A stretch of DNA of 64,000 nt from Callorhinchus milii (lineage: Eukaryota), in assembly GCF_018977255.1 (NCBI RefSeq), contig NW_024704743.1, positions 50,346,001 to 50,410,000 of the forward strand, read 5' to 3'. Of this stretch, positions 1 through 12,143 are shown one piece after another (the stretch's first letter is position 1; each line of letters begins with the position of its first letter). The position numbers were made by a program, and so were the translations under genes. The notes below the pieces were generated by a model. The model was not told where the DNA came from and ran no database searches. It saw only the letters and a program-made list of their open reading frames with translations.

Positions 1-278
1 GGCTCTGGCCTCCTGCACATCACTTGTCTCCTTCGCTTTACCGTCGGTGGCTGTGCTTTCAGCCTCCACGCTCTGAAACTCTGGAACTCTCTGGGTCAAT
101 CCCTCTGACAATCCCTCTGACTAGAAACCCCTTTGGCCATCTTCAGATCAAACTTGACGACCGTACCTATGGTGATCTTCTCTCTCTCCGGCTTGGCGAC
201 ATGTTTGCTCAGCCATTGTTAAATGCTCCGAGATGCTACCCACGTGAAGGGTGCTGCACAAATGCAAATTGTTGTTGT
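1..278 (+). mobile_element. L2 LINE 3' fragment
   Basis: AFS..P.LWNSL-like coding remnant followed by the L2 tail GAGATGCTACCCACGTGAAGGG...AAATGCAAATTGTTGTTG. Confidence 0.75.
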
Positions 279-317
279 GAAACTGACAATATAACGTCAA
301 TATGATGGATTTCTCTT

Positions 318-960
318 TAGAACATAAGAACATAAGAAATGTTAGACGAAAAAAGCCCAAGGTCCATCTAATTCGCCTTCCACCTTCCTGGCGGTCGCAT
401 GCACATATGTTCCGAACTACCTGTATACTATATCCCATAATGTTATTTCCTAAACAAAAAATATCTAATCTGCGTTTGAAAGAATCAACACTTCCTGCTT
501 CAACGGTTTATGTAGATTCGTTCTGAGTTTACCCCCCTTCAATCGCAGGCCGTGTCATCTGGTTTTACTATTCTGGACAAGTTGAAACAGCCTGTCATGA
601 TCTGTATTGTTTTGCCCCTTTAGAATCTTAAAGACAGCAAATCATGTCGCCTCTCAATCTTCTCTTTTCCAGCGTGAACATGACCACTTTACTTCGTCGC
701 TCCTCATAGTCCAGTCCTTCCATTCCCTCAATCATTTTGGTTTCCCTCCTCTGCATCTTCTTGATTTCTCCAATATTCTTTTTGTACTGCAGTGACCAGA
801 ACTGTACACAGTACTCTATGTATGGTCTCACCAGTGATTTATACAGTGCCAGGATTACCCCATTATTTCAATTTGCTATTGATCGTTTAATACATCCCAA
901 CATCTGGTTTGCCATACTCACTTCCACAGAGTATTGTTGGGAAAGCTTCAATTTATTGTC
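318..960 (-). mobile_element. CR1 LINE 3' fragment (TTCTTATG-tail subfamily)
   Basis: Minus ORF RPYIEYCVQFWS...LEKRRLRGDMI (CR1 ORF2 C-terminus); tail reads AGAACATAAGAACATAAGAA on +. Confidence 0.9.
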
Positions 961-1174
961 AATTTATTGCCTTTACCAGTGAATCAACAGTTGTCTGTCT
1001 GTAGGGAATTGGAGGCTGCTGTACTCCGAGATGTGACCCTGCATCAAGGACACGAGACACTAGAGCAATGCTGATTTCTCATGTATCAGTGAAGTTGCTG
1101 TTGTTGTTATTGTTGAGTAGAATAAGTCTAAAATTAGCAAGGATGGCACCATTTCCACTTAATTTCAATACTGG

Positions 1175-1492
1175 AAACACTGCAATGTTGGAGGTTCTGT
1201 CCTTTGAATGAGACATTAAGCCGACGTCCTGTCTATTTGTTCAGGTGAATGTTAAAGATTCCATGGCATTATTTGAAAAGAGAAGGGAGTTTCATCCGGT
1301 GTCCTGGCCAACAATCTTCCCTCAAAAATCAGTCACTCACTCCATGGCTGTTTGTGGTGTTCACAAATTGACTGCTGCATTTGCCTACAAATATATATAT
1401 TCGCTACATTTTACAGTGAATCCCTTGAAGCACTTTGAGATGCTTTCCAGATGTGAAAGGCACTATATGAAATAAAAGAATCACTATTATTA
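1175..1492 (+). mobile_element. Older Deu-domain SINE (SacSINE1-like), 5'-truncated
   Basis: TTCAGGTG..GTTAAAGAT.CCATGGCA core, GGCTGTTTGTGG..AAATTG.CTGC Deu-like motif, L2-type tail. Confidence 0.75.
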
Positions 1493-1801
1493 TGTGCACA
1501 TCTCCAAGGCTCAACCCCAATTTTTCAGTCTATTCATGATCATTGATTTCCATTTAAGTATCAAGAAATTGTAAATTGGAATGAGTGTGTGCAACTTTGG
1601 GGCAAAAGCAGGCCTTCACGTATACAGATGTGGACATTTTGGGGATTTGTTTTACGTGTTAATATTTTAGCTTCACATGTGTAAAGTTGTGAACATATGA
1701 TATTTACATGTGGAACATGGTGGGTTGGTCCAAGTTTAGCTTATTGGTGGGAAGGGGGTGGCGGCATTTTCATATTAAGACATTCTACATGTAGAATTTA
1801 A

Positions 1802-3294
1802 CCAGCTGGTCATGTTCGCCCTCGCCCAACTGTGATAAACCCCCAATAAAACAAATTCTACATCCAAATTTCATTCAGGTCACTCATTGCTACCTTTGGG
1901 ACTTGAGAGATCAATAACGTTACGCTGTCCTCATTTAATTTTCTCCTTGAGCTCCTAGGTTATAAAGGGAGGGTAATGAGGGGCTCTTGAGCTTGTTGAT
2001 TAGACAGTAACATGATTAATACATACAGAGGTTGGCGTTAGTTGATACATGTGAAATTAGCACTGCTCTAGTGTCTACAGAAAAGAGAGTGCGGTGGAAG
2101 ATAAGAGCAGCTGTGAGTCTATGTGCTTCAGGCAAGACCATATTAAGTACTGATTGTGATTTCAATTCTTCCTGCAGGCCAGGGCATAGATCACTTTTTA
2201 TTTGTTTGTTCAAAAATCTGGGTATGTATTTCACTTTAGGAAATTACAATGGATCTGATCCCAGTGGGCTGATGTTATTAACACCAGGTGCAAGTTCTTT
2301 TAATTATTACAATATATTAGCAAATAAGGATTGAGGCTGAAATACCTCATGTGGTTCTATTAAAAACAACAATGGACTTAATTGATGCTTTTTCTGGCAC
2401 TGGTTATCCTGGGTTACTGGCAGTGCAAAGGTTTAACAGCAAGTTCAATGGAAGCGAACTTGGTGTCTAATTTGAGCAGAGAATGAATCTTAAAAATTGT
2501 ATTTGTAAGAAATGTGTAGCTGTTCAATTTGTGAAATAAAGAATGTATTATGTTTTAGAAACTATTTTTCAACTATACGTGGTAGACTTTTTTTCTCAGT
2601 TCTGAAGGTTTATATAACGATAATAATCCTTGCATTTAATGTAGCACCTTATCATGTCATTGAGACATCTCAAAACGCTTCACAGAATATAGTGTAAAGT
2701 CAATTGATTGTATATTTTGTGGGCAAAATATGGCAGCCAATTACGCACAGCTGTGTCCCACAATCAGTCATGGATTGAGTGACCAATTTTCTTTAAGGGA
2801 TTATTACCCATGGAATGCAATCTGCCAATCGATTTACAAGTAGGTTCTACGTACTGCTAGGCAAAACAAGTGTGTGTAGTAAGGAAACTTGCCTAAGGTT
2901 TCATCCTGCCCAGGAATCAAACTCGGGTCCTCTCGCTTGTGAGGAAAGTGCTCTAAGCAATACACTACAGGATGCCACATATATTCTTTCCTCATTCAAA
3001 TTCACCCAAATTCAAAGCAATGGGCTACCTTTCTCATTGTGCTTTGTAAGGACATTGTTGGTGCAATTTAGCTGCTGTAACAACATTCATCTCATTTCTA
3101 GCTAATTAATCTCTTTTTATAAACCGCTTTGAGACATTTTCTTTCACATGAAAAAGCTACATTAAAGCAAGCCCTTGTTGTTTCTGTTCAGCCTTCCTCT
3201 AGGCTATACAACATATATATCAAATGAATCACAGAACAAACTGTTTTATTGGGTGTTTAATCACAGTTGGGGGAGGGGGAACATGACCAGCTGG
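1802..3294. mobile_element. Candidate non-autonomous TTAA-specific (piggyBac-like) DNA element
   Basis: ~52-bp terminal inverted repeats starting CCAGCTGGTCATGTTC; TTAA at 1798-1801 and 3295-3298. Confidence 0.55.
2620..2978 (-). mobile_element. tRNA-headed Deu-SINE, younger family (long form)
   Basis: Reverse complement of the TCCTGTAG..TAGAGC head, Deu core and AAATGCAAGGATTATTA tail. Confidence 0.85.
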
Positions 3295-3587
3295 TTAAAA
3301 CCTGGCAAGTTATTTCTTTAAAGCACAGCGTAAATTGAGTTGAGCAGCATGATTTAAAAGTGTTGGGGCCACTTTGAAATTTCAGCTGCAGTTCAATTTA
3401 CACCATTCCAGTGCAGTGTGAATAGACTGTAACTCTTCAATGACATTAGAATGACCAGCATCCGATTGCAGAGTTACATGAGCAGGATTCTCCTCAGTCC
3501 CCGGCCAATGCAATAAGCAGCAAGTAGCATAAATCAGGCTTCCCACTTCAATTCTTTCTACTGCTGGAAGCAATATTATTTAACTTC

Positions 3588-4450
3588 CAACAACAACAAC
3601 TTACACTTATGTAGCGCCCACCACTCAGGATAGCGTCTCAGAGCACTCAACAGTGGCGGAGCCTGACTCCGAGCGGGGAAGGAAGGTTTTAAGGTGGGAC
3701 TTGAAAGAGGGCAGAGAGTCGGCAAGGCAGAGGGATTGAGGGAGATTGTTCCAGAGTTTTGGGGTGTAGTGGCTGAAAGTGCATCCTCCAATGGTGGGGT
3801 GGAGGGTGCGAGGGACGAGCAGGAGCCGGTGCCAGTTGAGCGGAAGTGCCAGGTGGTGGATTGGGGAGTGAGGAGGTTGGAGAGGTAGGGAGGTGCCAGG
3901 GAGTGAAGGGATTTGAACATGAGAGTGAGGAACTTGAAGTCGATCCATTCGGTGATGGGGAGCCAGTGAAGCCTGGCCAGAACTGGTGAGATGTGGGTAA
4001 GGAGTTTGGGTCAGTATGTGGGCGGCAGAGTTTTGAATGAACTGGATCTTGTGAATGGTGGAGCTGGAGAGTCCGGCTTTGGTGTAATCCCAAGTGGGAG
4101 GTGACAAATGCATGCATGAGAGTTTCGGCTGCATTTGGGGTAAGGTACAGTCGGAGGCAGGCAATGTGGCGAAGGTGGAAGAAGGCAGTCCTGTCCTGGT
4201 CAGGGACTGGATGTGGGGGAGAAAGGACAGCTGGGGGTTGAACTGGACACCTAGATTGCGCACTGGTTCAATGAGTGTGAGGGAGAGCCCAGAGAGGTTG
4301 AGGAGTTTAGATCCGCAGGAATGAAGACATTGACGGGAGCCAAGGAGCATGGCTTCCCTCTTCAGCTGCAGGAAGTTTAAACTCATCCAGGCCCTGGTGT
4401 CTACCAGACAAGCAGATAGAACATTGGAAGATCTGGAGTTACTGGAGGAT
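3588..4450 (-). mobile_element. L2 LINE ORF2 3' fragment, frameshifted
   Basis: WMSLNFLQL, VRNLGVQF, IQNSAAHILT, PKLWNNLP motifs; (CAA)n tail. Confidence 0.92.
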
Positions 4451-5465
4451 TTGTGTGTAGATTTATGTGTCATCCACATACATGTGAAAGTGTAAACCGA
4501 GCATTCATTACCCAATGTGACATCTAGCTTTAAATGCATCGTTAATTTGTGGGCTGACAGCCTCACAAGTAGTGAATTACCTACAGTGTTATCACAAGGT
4601 TATTTTTTGTTTGTTTGAAATTCATCCTCACTTTGCACGCTTCTTGAATAGAATATGCCACACTACACTTAACACCTGGATTTTAATAAGTCAAAGGTGG
4701 GGGTGCTGTTTAACTTACACTAATTGCTATATAAATTGTTATATTTTTGCAATATATGCTGCATGCAAATTGCCTATTTTATTCACCCACAAAATAAAAC
4801 AGTCACTGAACTTTACATTATATCCTGTGAAGCGCATTGAGACAACAACAACTTGCATTTACTGTATATAGTACCCCTCATGCAAGGTAGTGTCCCAGAG
4901 CCAGCTACCATCCTCCCAGTGTGAAGGGCATTATACCAAAGGTAAGGATTATTATTGTCTTCATAATGGGGTTTCCTATTATAAAGATAAAAATGAGAGC
5001 ATTACTTTTAATGACCAGATGAATAGAGAATTACCCTCTACCCCATAGTCTTTAATTTACAGATCAGGTATGCTGCTCAATGTGGAACTGTTGTACCTGT
5101 TTCTGTTCCTCATTGGTGGTCAATCTCTGACAATCTATTTAATTGTGTTCGTGAGTATATACAGATAGGGATGAAAAACATGATGTTTTACATCAGAAAT
5201 CTTTGGCATTTTCTTTGAAATCTGCAGCTCCAGTAATTTTCCTGGAAGGGCAGATGCACCATTGCATTTGCATTTTCCTGTTGAATTTTTACCAATGCTC
5301 CTTACGCTCAGTGTGCCTTCTATGTCTTGTAGTCTGGAGATATCTTGATTTAATTTCACCTGCACTAAGGAGAATGCTTATAAACTAGCAGCATTAGGAA
5401 CAGAAAGGCCAATATTGGTATAAAGCGACTGACCAAAAAGATATTTTTTTTCTTGCTCCCTAAGC

Positions 5466-6210
5466 GTGTCAGCTTAGCTGGTAGCACTCTCATCTCTGAG
5501 TCAGAAGGTTGTAGGTTCAAGTCCCACATTGGGACTGTGAACTGACAGTCTAGACTAACACTCCAATGCAGTGTTAGGGGAGCACTGTATTGTGGAGTCC
5601 TGTAGCTTAGTGGTTAGAGCACTCACCTCACAAGCGAGTGGATCTAGGTTTGAAACATTGGGCAAGTTTCGCTACTCCACATGTCTCTGTTTACCTCGCA
5701 GGATAGTATGTAGTATGTTGCTAGTCGATTACTTTTCCGGGGATAATAATCCCTTCAAAAACAATAATAATAATTTTGTCACTCAATCCACGACTGTTTG
5801 TGGGACACTGCTGTGTGCAATTGACTGCATGTTTCGCCCACAAGGTATACAGTAAATTCACTTTACAGTATATTCTGTGAAACTCTTTGAGACGTCTCAA
5901 AGATGTGATAAGGTGCTATATCAAATACAAGTATTATTATTATCAGCACTGCCATCCTTTGGATGAGATGTTAAACTGAGGTTTGTCTGCTTGTTCAGGC
6001 ACATCATTTAAAAAATGAAGGGAGTTTCTTCCAGTATCCTAGCCATCAATCCCTCAGGTAATTGTTTGCGGAATATTGCTGCGTGAAAATTGTCTGCTGT
6101 GTTTATATAATCACACAGTCACTACATATGACAGTAAAATCCTAAGAAGCTCTTTGAGGTATCTCGACGATGTGATAAGGCACTTTATCAAAAGCAAGAA
6201 TTATTATATT
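5466..6210 (+). mobile_element. Older Deu-SINE (SacSINE1-like) interrupted by a younger SINE
   Basis: Head GTGTCAGC..GGTAGCACTCTC..CTGAGTCAGAAGGTTGT.GGTTCAAGTCCC; body resumes at ~5944. Confidence 0.8.
5593..5943 (+). mobile_element. Younger tRNA-headed Deu-SINE (long form), nested
   Basis: GGAGTCCTGTAGCTTAGTGGTTAGAGC A-box head; (TTA)n tail. Confidence 0.88.
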
Positions 6211-7486
6211 ATTAAAAATAAATGCTATTCAACCAGAATTGTACAATGATTGTCTTTTTCTTTCCTTCCAGAATTCAGAATCTTGTGCCACAGAACTTCA
6301 CCCTCACATGCTAATGGAGTCTAAGGCTTGCAGCTCTGTTTTGTGTGAATGAACGGAGAGAAAGAAAAGCTACAATTTATGAAAGACTGTTCACTTTAAT
6401 CCTGGCCTGATAGCTGTACTGAACACGTGTGCCTAAGACAAAGAAAATGTGTATCATTTGCACATTCAGCTGTGCCACGGATTGAATCACTAATTAAACA
6501 TAGCAAATGTATATCCTGACAAATTTAATGAGATGTACCCTTTTTTTATAATTAAGATTAGTTTGGGGCTATGGGTCAGTACCTGATCTAACCGTCTATT
6601 CTTGTCTGGTATTTGCCAGTATTGGATACAGACAAAAATGAAGTAGATCAACTGAGGTTTCTGAATTACTAATGAGGGACCAAGGCCAGAAAGTCAAAAA
6701 CTGATGTGTCGCCTCTATTTTGCTAAAATCTATTGCTTTTGAGGTCTGACAGATTGGAACATTGTTTTGTGATGAACGCTCTCTAGAGAGTGCAAACCTT
6801 TTCATACGGAAAGACGGGGACCAGCGGGGCTGTCTCCATGGTGAGCACATTCACTCTTCACTTTTATTACTGATGCATGTAATGACATTCATTCATGGAA
6901 GATTAATAGTCTGATTTGTTTTATTGTGCAGAAAAGAGATCAATTTAATACCAAATAGCACATGCTGTACACATCAGATAAAAAAAAAGTTCAGGTTTGT
7001 TATCGGGATCCAGTTTAGGTAAGTACCCATTAAAATTTATTGCATGAATATAGAATTACGGAACACAAATGCTAACCTTTTACTTTCTGAAGCTATCGAA
7101 TTTAGCTTCATAACTAACGCTATGCTAAGAAATACACTGAGGATATCAGCAATGGATAACAAGGTAGTAATCAAATCAAGAGGTTCAAATGATGCCATAA
7201 ACTAAAACAGCGAAGCTTGAGTGCTCTTGCTTGTCAAGCCAAATCTAAATGTTGGATTCCTGCCAGTAATCCTCCGCAGGCATCCAGTATTTTTTATTAA
7301 GTGGAATTAAAATGTTTTAAGCACTGCTTCTTTTTTCAGTGCCACTAGTTAGGCTTGTGATGTAAGACTTTGCGGTATGGTGCTTTACAGAAGAATTTAG
7401 CATTAGAAACATAAATTGACTGGAGAAGGAGGCCATTTGACCCATCAAGTCTGCAACAGCTCTCAGAACAACTTCACTTTCAATCC

Positions 7487-7619
7487 TAGAGAGAGCTGGG
7501 AAAACTCAGCAGGTCAGCTAGCATCTATGGAGAAAGGAAAGTGAGTCAACGTTTCGGGTTCACGACCCTTCATCAGAACTACGAAGGGTCGATTCCAGCA
7601 TCTGCAGTATTTTGTGTTT
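7487..7619. mobile_element. Penelope-like pseudo-LTR-derived short insertion
   Basis: CTCAGCAGGTCAG..AGCATCT.TGGAG...AACGTTTCGGG..GACCCTTCATCAG pattern; flanked by TCA(C/T)TTTCAATCC direct repeats. Confidence 0.7.
7544..7580 (-). ncRNA. Minimal type I hammerhead ribozyme-like motif
   Basis: Minus strand reads AGUU-CUGAUGA-A-GGGU-CGUGA-ACCC-GAAAC-GUU-GACU. Confidence 0.55.
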
Positions 7620-8858
7620 TCATTTTCAATCCCACTGTTCTGCCCTTTACCCACACCGCTTCAAGCTTTTAACTATCATATATTCATTTATTTTCCTCTT
7701 GAAACCCACAATGGACTCTGCCTCTCCTTGATCGGATATCCCACAAAATATACAGTCTACCGTATATATATTCTGTAAAGTGCTTTGAGATGTCTCAAAG
7801 ATGTGATAAGGCTCTATATCAAATGCAAGGATTATTGTTATTATTATCCTGCATCCTAACAACTCTCTGAGTGAAAAATATCTCCTAATCTCTCTTTTTG
7901 CTCTTCTTGTGTCTTTCTTAAATCTATGGCCCCATTTTCCATATAGCATTTCAGGCTAGAAAGTTAAATATACACATGAGAGAGAAGGGCTTAGAAGAGT
8001 ATGAGAAGGAGTAGGGAGTGGGCGTAGACTCATGTGGAGTGCAAACAGTGGCATGGATTAGTTAGACCAAATGACCTGTTTCTGTACAGCTCATGTAAAT
8101 CTATGTAAGCCTACCTAGACTTAGCTTCTAAGAATGTTTTGTTTTAAATTCATTTAAATTGAAAGTAAATTCATGCAGTTTCCAAATTCTGCACAATAAA
8201 TCTTACATTTTAAGACAAAACAGCCTGAGAAGCTGGGACCAAGTGGAATTTTTATAGCTCATTTTTAGCTAGTGGAATGTCAGGCAAACTGTGCAACATT
8301 TACTTCAATTTCAGCTTGCTTTATACCACATAGACCCTAATATTAAAATGCTATTCTCAAACTCCAAAAACCTGGAGTATAAATCTCAGCAAAGGCACCA
8401 GTACAAATCTATATCAACATTAAGGTGGCTAGTTCTAATCTCAGTTTATGCTTAGTTTTCCTATCTCAGCAGGGGAAGCACTTACATAACTCCACTTGGC
8501 CTCCATACCCCTTGGTTAAAGGAGATGATACCTGCTTCTGTTGATCTCTATCCAGAATCCTAATGGAAAACGTGTGTGCATGGATGTTGGATGTGAACAA
8601 GATTTGGCTCAGTAAGAAAAAGGAGAAGAGTTGACAGAGCAAAATAGTATTCCTGCATGGATGGGTTAGAAGTTTCCAAGGAGGAATGGTGAAAGAAACG
8701 TTGGCACATTAGGTGAATCGTCACTCACTAAGTCCAAAAAATCTGAGGAACAATAAACGGGATGTTGGGTTGAGTTCAGATGCACAGAGGTCATGTTAAT
8801 GTCTAGAGTAGTTTTGATCAGAAGTGCTACAAACAGTTTTGATCACTGCAATATAAGA

Positions 8859-9376
8859 AGCCCTACATTTTTCCTAGTTTGGGATTGTAAGGTCATTTTG
8901 TCTTAATATTTAATATCACACCAAATTGTGGTAAATTCTTAAATTCATTCTTAATCTGGAAGCCAGTTTTATAATAATAATAATCCTTGCATTTGATATA
9001 GCGCTTTTCACGTCGGGAGGACGTCCCAAAGCGCTTCACAGAACACACTGTAAAGTGAATTGATTGTATATTTGTGGGCGATCGCGGCAGCCAATTGCAC
9101 ACAGTATTGTCCCACAAACAGTCGTAGATTGAAAATGACCAATTTATTATTGTTTTTGGTTTTTGGAGGGAATATTATTAGGCGTGTGGAGTAAGGAAAC
9201 TTGCCCAAGGTTTCGCCCTGTGCCTGGAATTGAACTCAGGTCTCTCACTTGCAAAGCGAGTGCTCTAACCACTGAGCTACAGGACTCCACTTAAGACTGA
9301 ATTTAAGAATTTCACAATTCTGCACAATCTTACCAAGTGGACTATCAGGCTAACACTAAGTGGAATTTCTGGGCCT
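8859..9376. mobile_element. Fold-back MITE copy split by a SINE
   Basis: Arms AATTGTGGTAAATTCTTAAATTCATTCTTAA / TTAAGACTGAATTTAAGAATTTCACAATT; right end GGAATTTCTGGGCC. Confidence 0.6.
8971..9289 (-). mobile_element. Young tRNA(Ala-like)-headed Deu-SINE (short form), full length
   Basis: Near-identical by eye to 40091-40422; CpGs retained; head has a TTTGCAA/CTTGCAA anticodon-loop-like segment. Confidence 0.92.
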
Positions 9377-9498
9377 AAAGAAGTTGCTCAGGTCTGAGAG
9401 ACTGTTCAGAGAAGCGGCTGATTGCTGGTATAAGAAGGATGAGCTGTGAAGAGCTCGGAATCTTGAACCTGAAAAAGAGACCTCTCAGAGGGATTTTA

Positions 9499-9878
9499 TT
9501 ATAATAATAATTGTGACATTTGATGCAGCCCCTTTCTCATTGAGATGTGTTTCACAGGATTTACTGTAAAGTGTAGTAACTGTATATTTTGTAGGTGAAC
9601 ACATCAGCCAATTTGCGCATAACAATTTCTAACAAACAGCCACAAAGTTAATGACCACTTTTAACTGGGGATTGTTAGCTGGGACACTGGGCAAAACTCC
9701 CTTCTCTTTTTGAGTAGTGTCATGGGATCTTTAACATTCACCTGAACAGACCTCAGTTTAGTGTCTCATCCAAAGCTCGGCACCTCCGATAAATCTGTAC
9801 AGCCCAGCACTGTACTAGATCACCAGCCTGGACCCACAACTCAGAGGCAAGAGTACTACCAGCTAGCCAAGCTGGCAC
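9499..9878 (-). mobile_element. Older Deu-SINE (SacSINE1-like)
   Basis: CATGGGATCTTTAACATTCACCTGAA core, head at ~9840-9878; sits inside an old CR1 remnant (~9400-9498 and ~10219-10340). Confidence 0.75.
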
Positions 9879-9912
9879 TTAAGATACTTAATCTTAAGTA
9901 TGTTAAGATACT

Positions 9913-10218
9913 TGGAGTCCTGTAGCTCAGTGGTTAGAGCACTCACCTTGCAAGCGAGACATCTGGGTTCAATTCCAGGCAGGGAAAACCTTGGGCAAGT
10001 TTCCTTACTCCACATGCCTAATAATAATCCCTCCAAAACAAAACAATGATAAATTTTCAATCCACGACTGTTTGTGGGACACTGCTGTGCGCAATTGGCT
10101 GCCGCGTTTCGCCCACAAATATACGGTCAATTCACTTTACAGTCTACTTTGTGAAGCACTTTGAGACGTCGAGAAGACGTGAAAAGCGCTATATCAAATG
10201 CAAGAATTATTATTATTA
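9913..10218 (+). mobile_element. Young Deu-SINE (short form)
   Basis: GGAGTCCTGTAGCTCAGTGGTTAGAGC...GGTTCAATTCC A/B boxes; L2-type tail. Confidence 0.92.
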
Positions 10219-10530
10219 ATGGGATATAAAAAGCAAACTTGAAACAATATTTTCAGATAACCAAGACAGCAATATAAAAGATTAGAAGTTCAGGGTTGTA
10301 AAGGGCAAGTTAAGGACAGCATTTCTTTATAAAGAGGATGATCCTTTTTGACTGTGCATTCTGTTATCTTTCCCTCCCTACCTTGCTTGGGTCCCACCCC
10401 CAGCTCGGATGCCAATCCAGCACTGTGAATATCCTTCTGATGTGAAAGTGTAAATGTAAAATGTACTTTATTCTAAACAGTGGCAGCAGTGAAATATCAG
10501 AAGCCAGGGCAATGGACGATGGATTTATTC

Positions 10531-10887
10531 TGGAGCCCTGTTGTGTATTGATTAGAGCACTCTCCTCGCAAGCGATAGGACCCGGGTTCAATTACCGGGC
10601 AGGGCGAAACTTACGTAAGTTTCCTTATTCCACACGCCTGTTTACCTAGCAGTAAGTAGGATCCCAATCTTTTGTCAATTGGCGGATCACTTTCCAAGGG
10701 TAAAAATCCATCCAAACAAAGTAAATATTATAAATAATTTGGTCACTGAATCCATGACTGTTTGTAGGACACTGCATTTCACCCACAAAATATACCCTCA
10801 ATTCACTTTACAGTATATTCTGTGAAGAGCTTTGAGATGTCTCAATGACGTGACAAACTGCTATATCAAATGCAAGGGTTATTATTA
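10531..10887 (+). mobile_element. Younger Deu-SINE (long form)
   Basis: tRNA-like head, CTGTTTACCTAGCAGTAAGTAGG internal segment, tail. Confidence 0.88.
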
Positions 10888-11259
10888 GAAAAACAGCTTA
10901 TAGCTATAATGGCAGGACATTAAGATGGGTATTTTGGAAGATGATATCAAATGATTTGAAGGTTTGTTTTCACCCAACCCTTACCTATGATCTTGCTAAA
11001 TCATTTTTCTTTTTTAAAAGAAGAAAAATCTGATATAAATGTGTGACTCATTGATAAGATTTTCCTGTGCATTTTACTCCAATTAGATCTCAGTTCTAAA
11101 TGTTGGTGAAGGTCATTTTATTTTTAAGGCTTGTCAAATTCTGTTTTATCGCCATCTTGGAGTGAAAATTTATATTTTTCAATGACGCAACTCCTTCCCT
11201 GTCCTCAAGGAACTTTTAAAATCCAGTTTGTGGAACTGAAGCCAATTGTAGCACCACCA

Positions 11260-12143
11260 CCAACAACAACAAAATTACATTATAGAGCGCCTTTAACGTT
11301 GGGAAGGTGTCCCGAGGCACTGGACGGTCAGGGGTCAGGACCCGAGCATGGGGGAGGGATTGGGTAGGGGTAAGGGAAGGGAGAGGTGGGAGGGCGACCG
11401 AAGGCATGATCGAAGAGAAGGGTCTTGAGACCGGCCTTGAAGGAGGCAAGGGAGGAAATGAGGTGAAGGGACTGTGGGATGGAGTTCCAGAGTTTGGGGC
11501 CAGAGACGCTGAAAGCCCGGCCACTGATGGTAGGGTGGGTCAGGCGGGAGACATGGAGCAGGCCAAAGCCCGCTGAACGGAAGGAGCGGGCAGGTTGGTA
11601 GGGAGTCAGCAGGTCAGAGAGGTAGGAGGGGGCAAGGCCATGGATAGCCTTGAAAGTGAGGACGAGGATCTTGAATTCGATCCTCTGATGGATGGGGAGC
11701 CAGTGGAGTCGGACGAGGGTGGGAGTGATGGGTACACGGAGTTTCCATAACCGAGCCTTGATGTGACGAATGCGTTGGTGGGGGTTTCGGTAGCCTGAGG
11801 GGTGAGGCAGTGGCGGAGTCTGGCAATGTTGCAGAGGTGGTGGTAGGCAGTGCCGGTCATGGTGCGGATGTGGGGGAGAAAGGACAGTCCAGGGTCAAAC
11901 AAGACACCCAGGTTCCTATCTGGCTTAGTGAGCTTGAGTGTGTAGTCATGGAGGCCGATGGTGCCTGAGGTGCGGAGGCGTTGGTGCGAGCCATTCAGGA
12001 GGGCCTCGGTCTTGCTGACGTTCAGTTGGAGAAAGTTGTCCCTCATCCAGGACTTGATGTCGGGAAGGCAGTCGGTCAGGATGCCAGTAGTCCTGGAGTT
12101 GAGGGTGGAGGCAGAGAGATAGAGTTGGGTGTCATCCGCCTTC
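11260..12143 (-). mobile_element. L2 LINE ORF2 3' fragment starting at the RT (Y)ADD motif
   Basis: ADDTQLYLS...WMRDNFLQLNVSKTEALL...NLGVLFD; (CAA)n tail. Confidence 0.95.

Larger units (their letters stand above)
7405..7945 (-). mobile_element. Decayed CR1 3' fragment hosting nested insertions
   Basis: GGAGGCCATTTGACCCATC tail; minus-strand GHRFK..RRAKREIRRYF remnant. Confidence 0.7.

Noticed and set aside
3625..4566. Longest ORF (313 aa) as a host gene
   Set aside because: Frameshift mosaic of L2 ORF2 motifs running into flanking DNA.
6255..6355. Strong acceptor TTTTCTTTCCTTCCAG followed by short frames
   Set aside because: Frames close quickly, there is no clear donor, and no peptide is recognisable.
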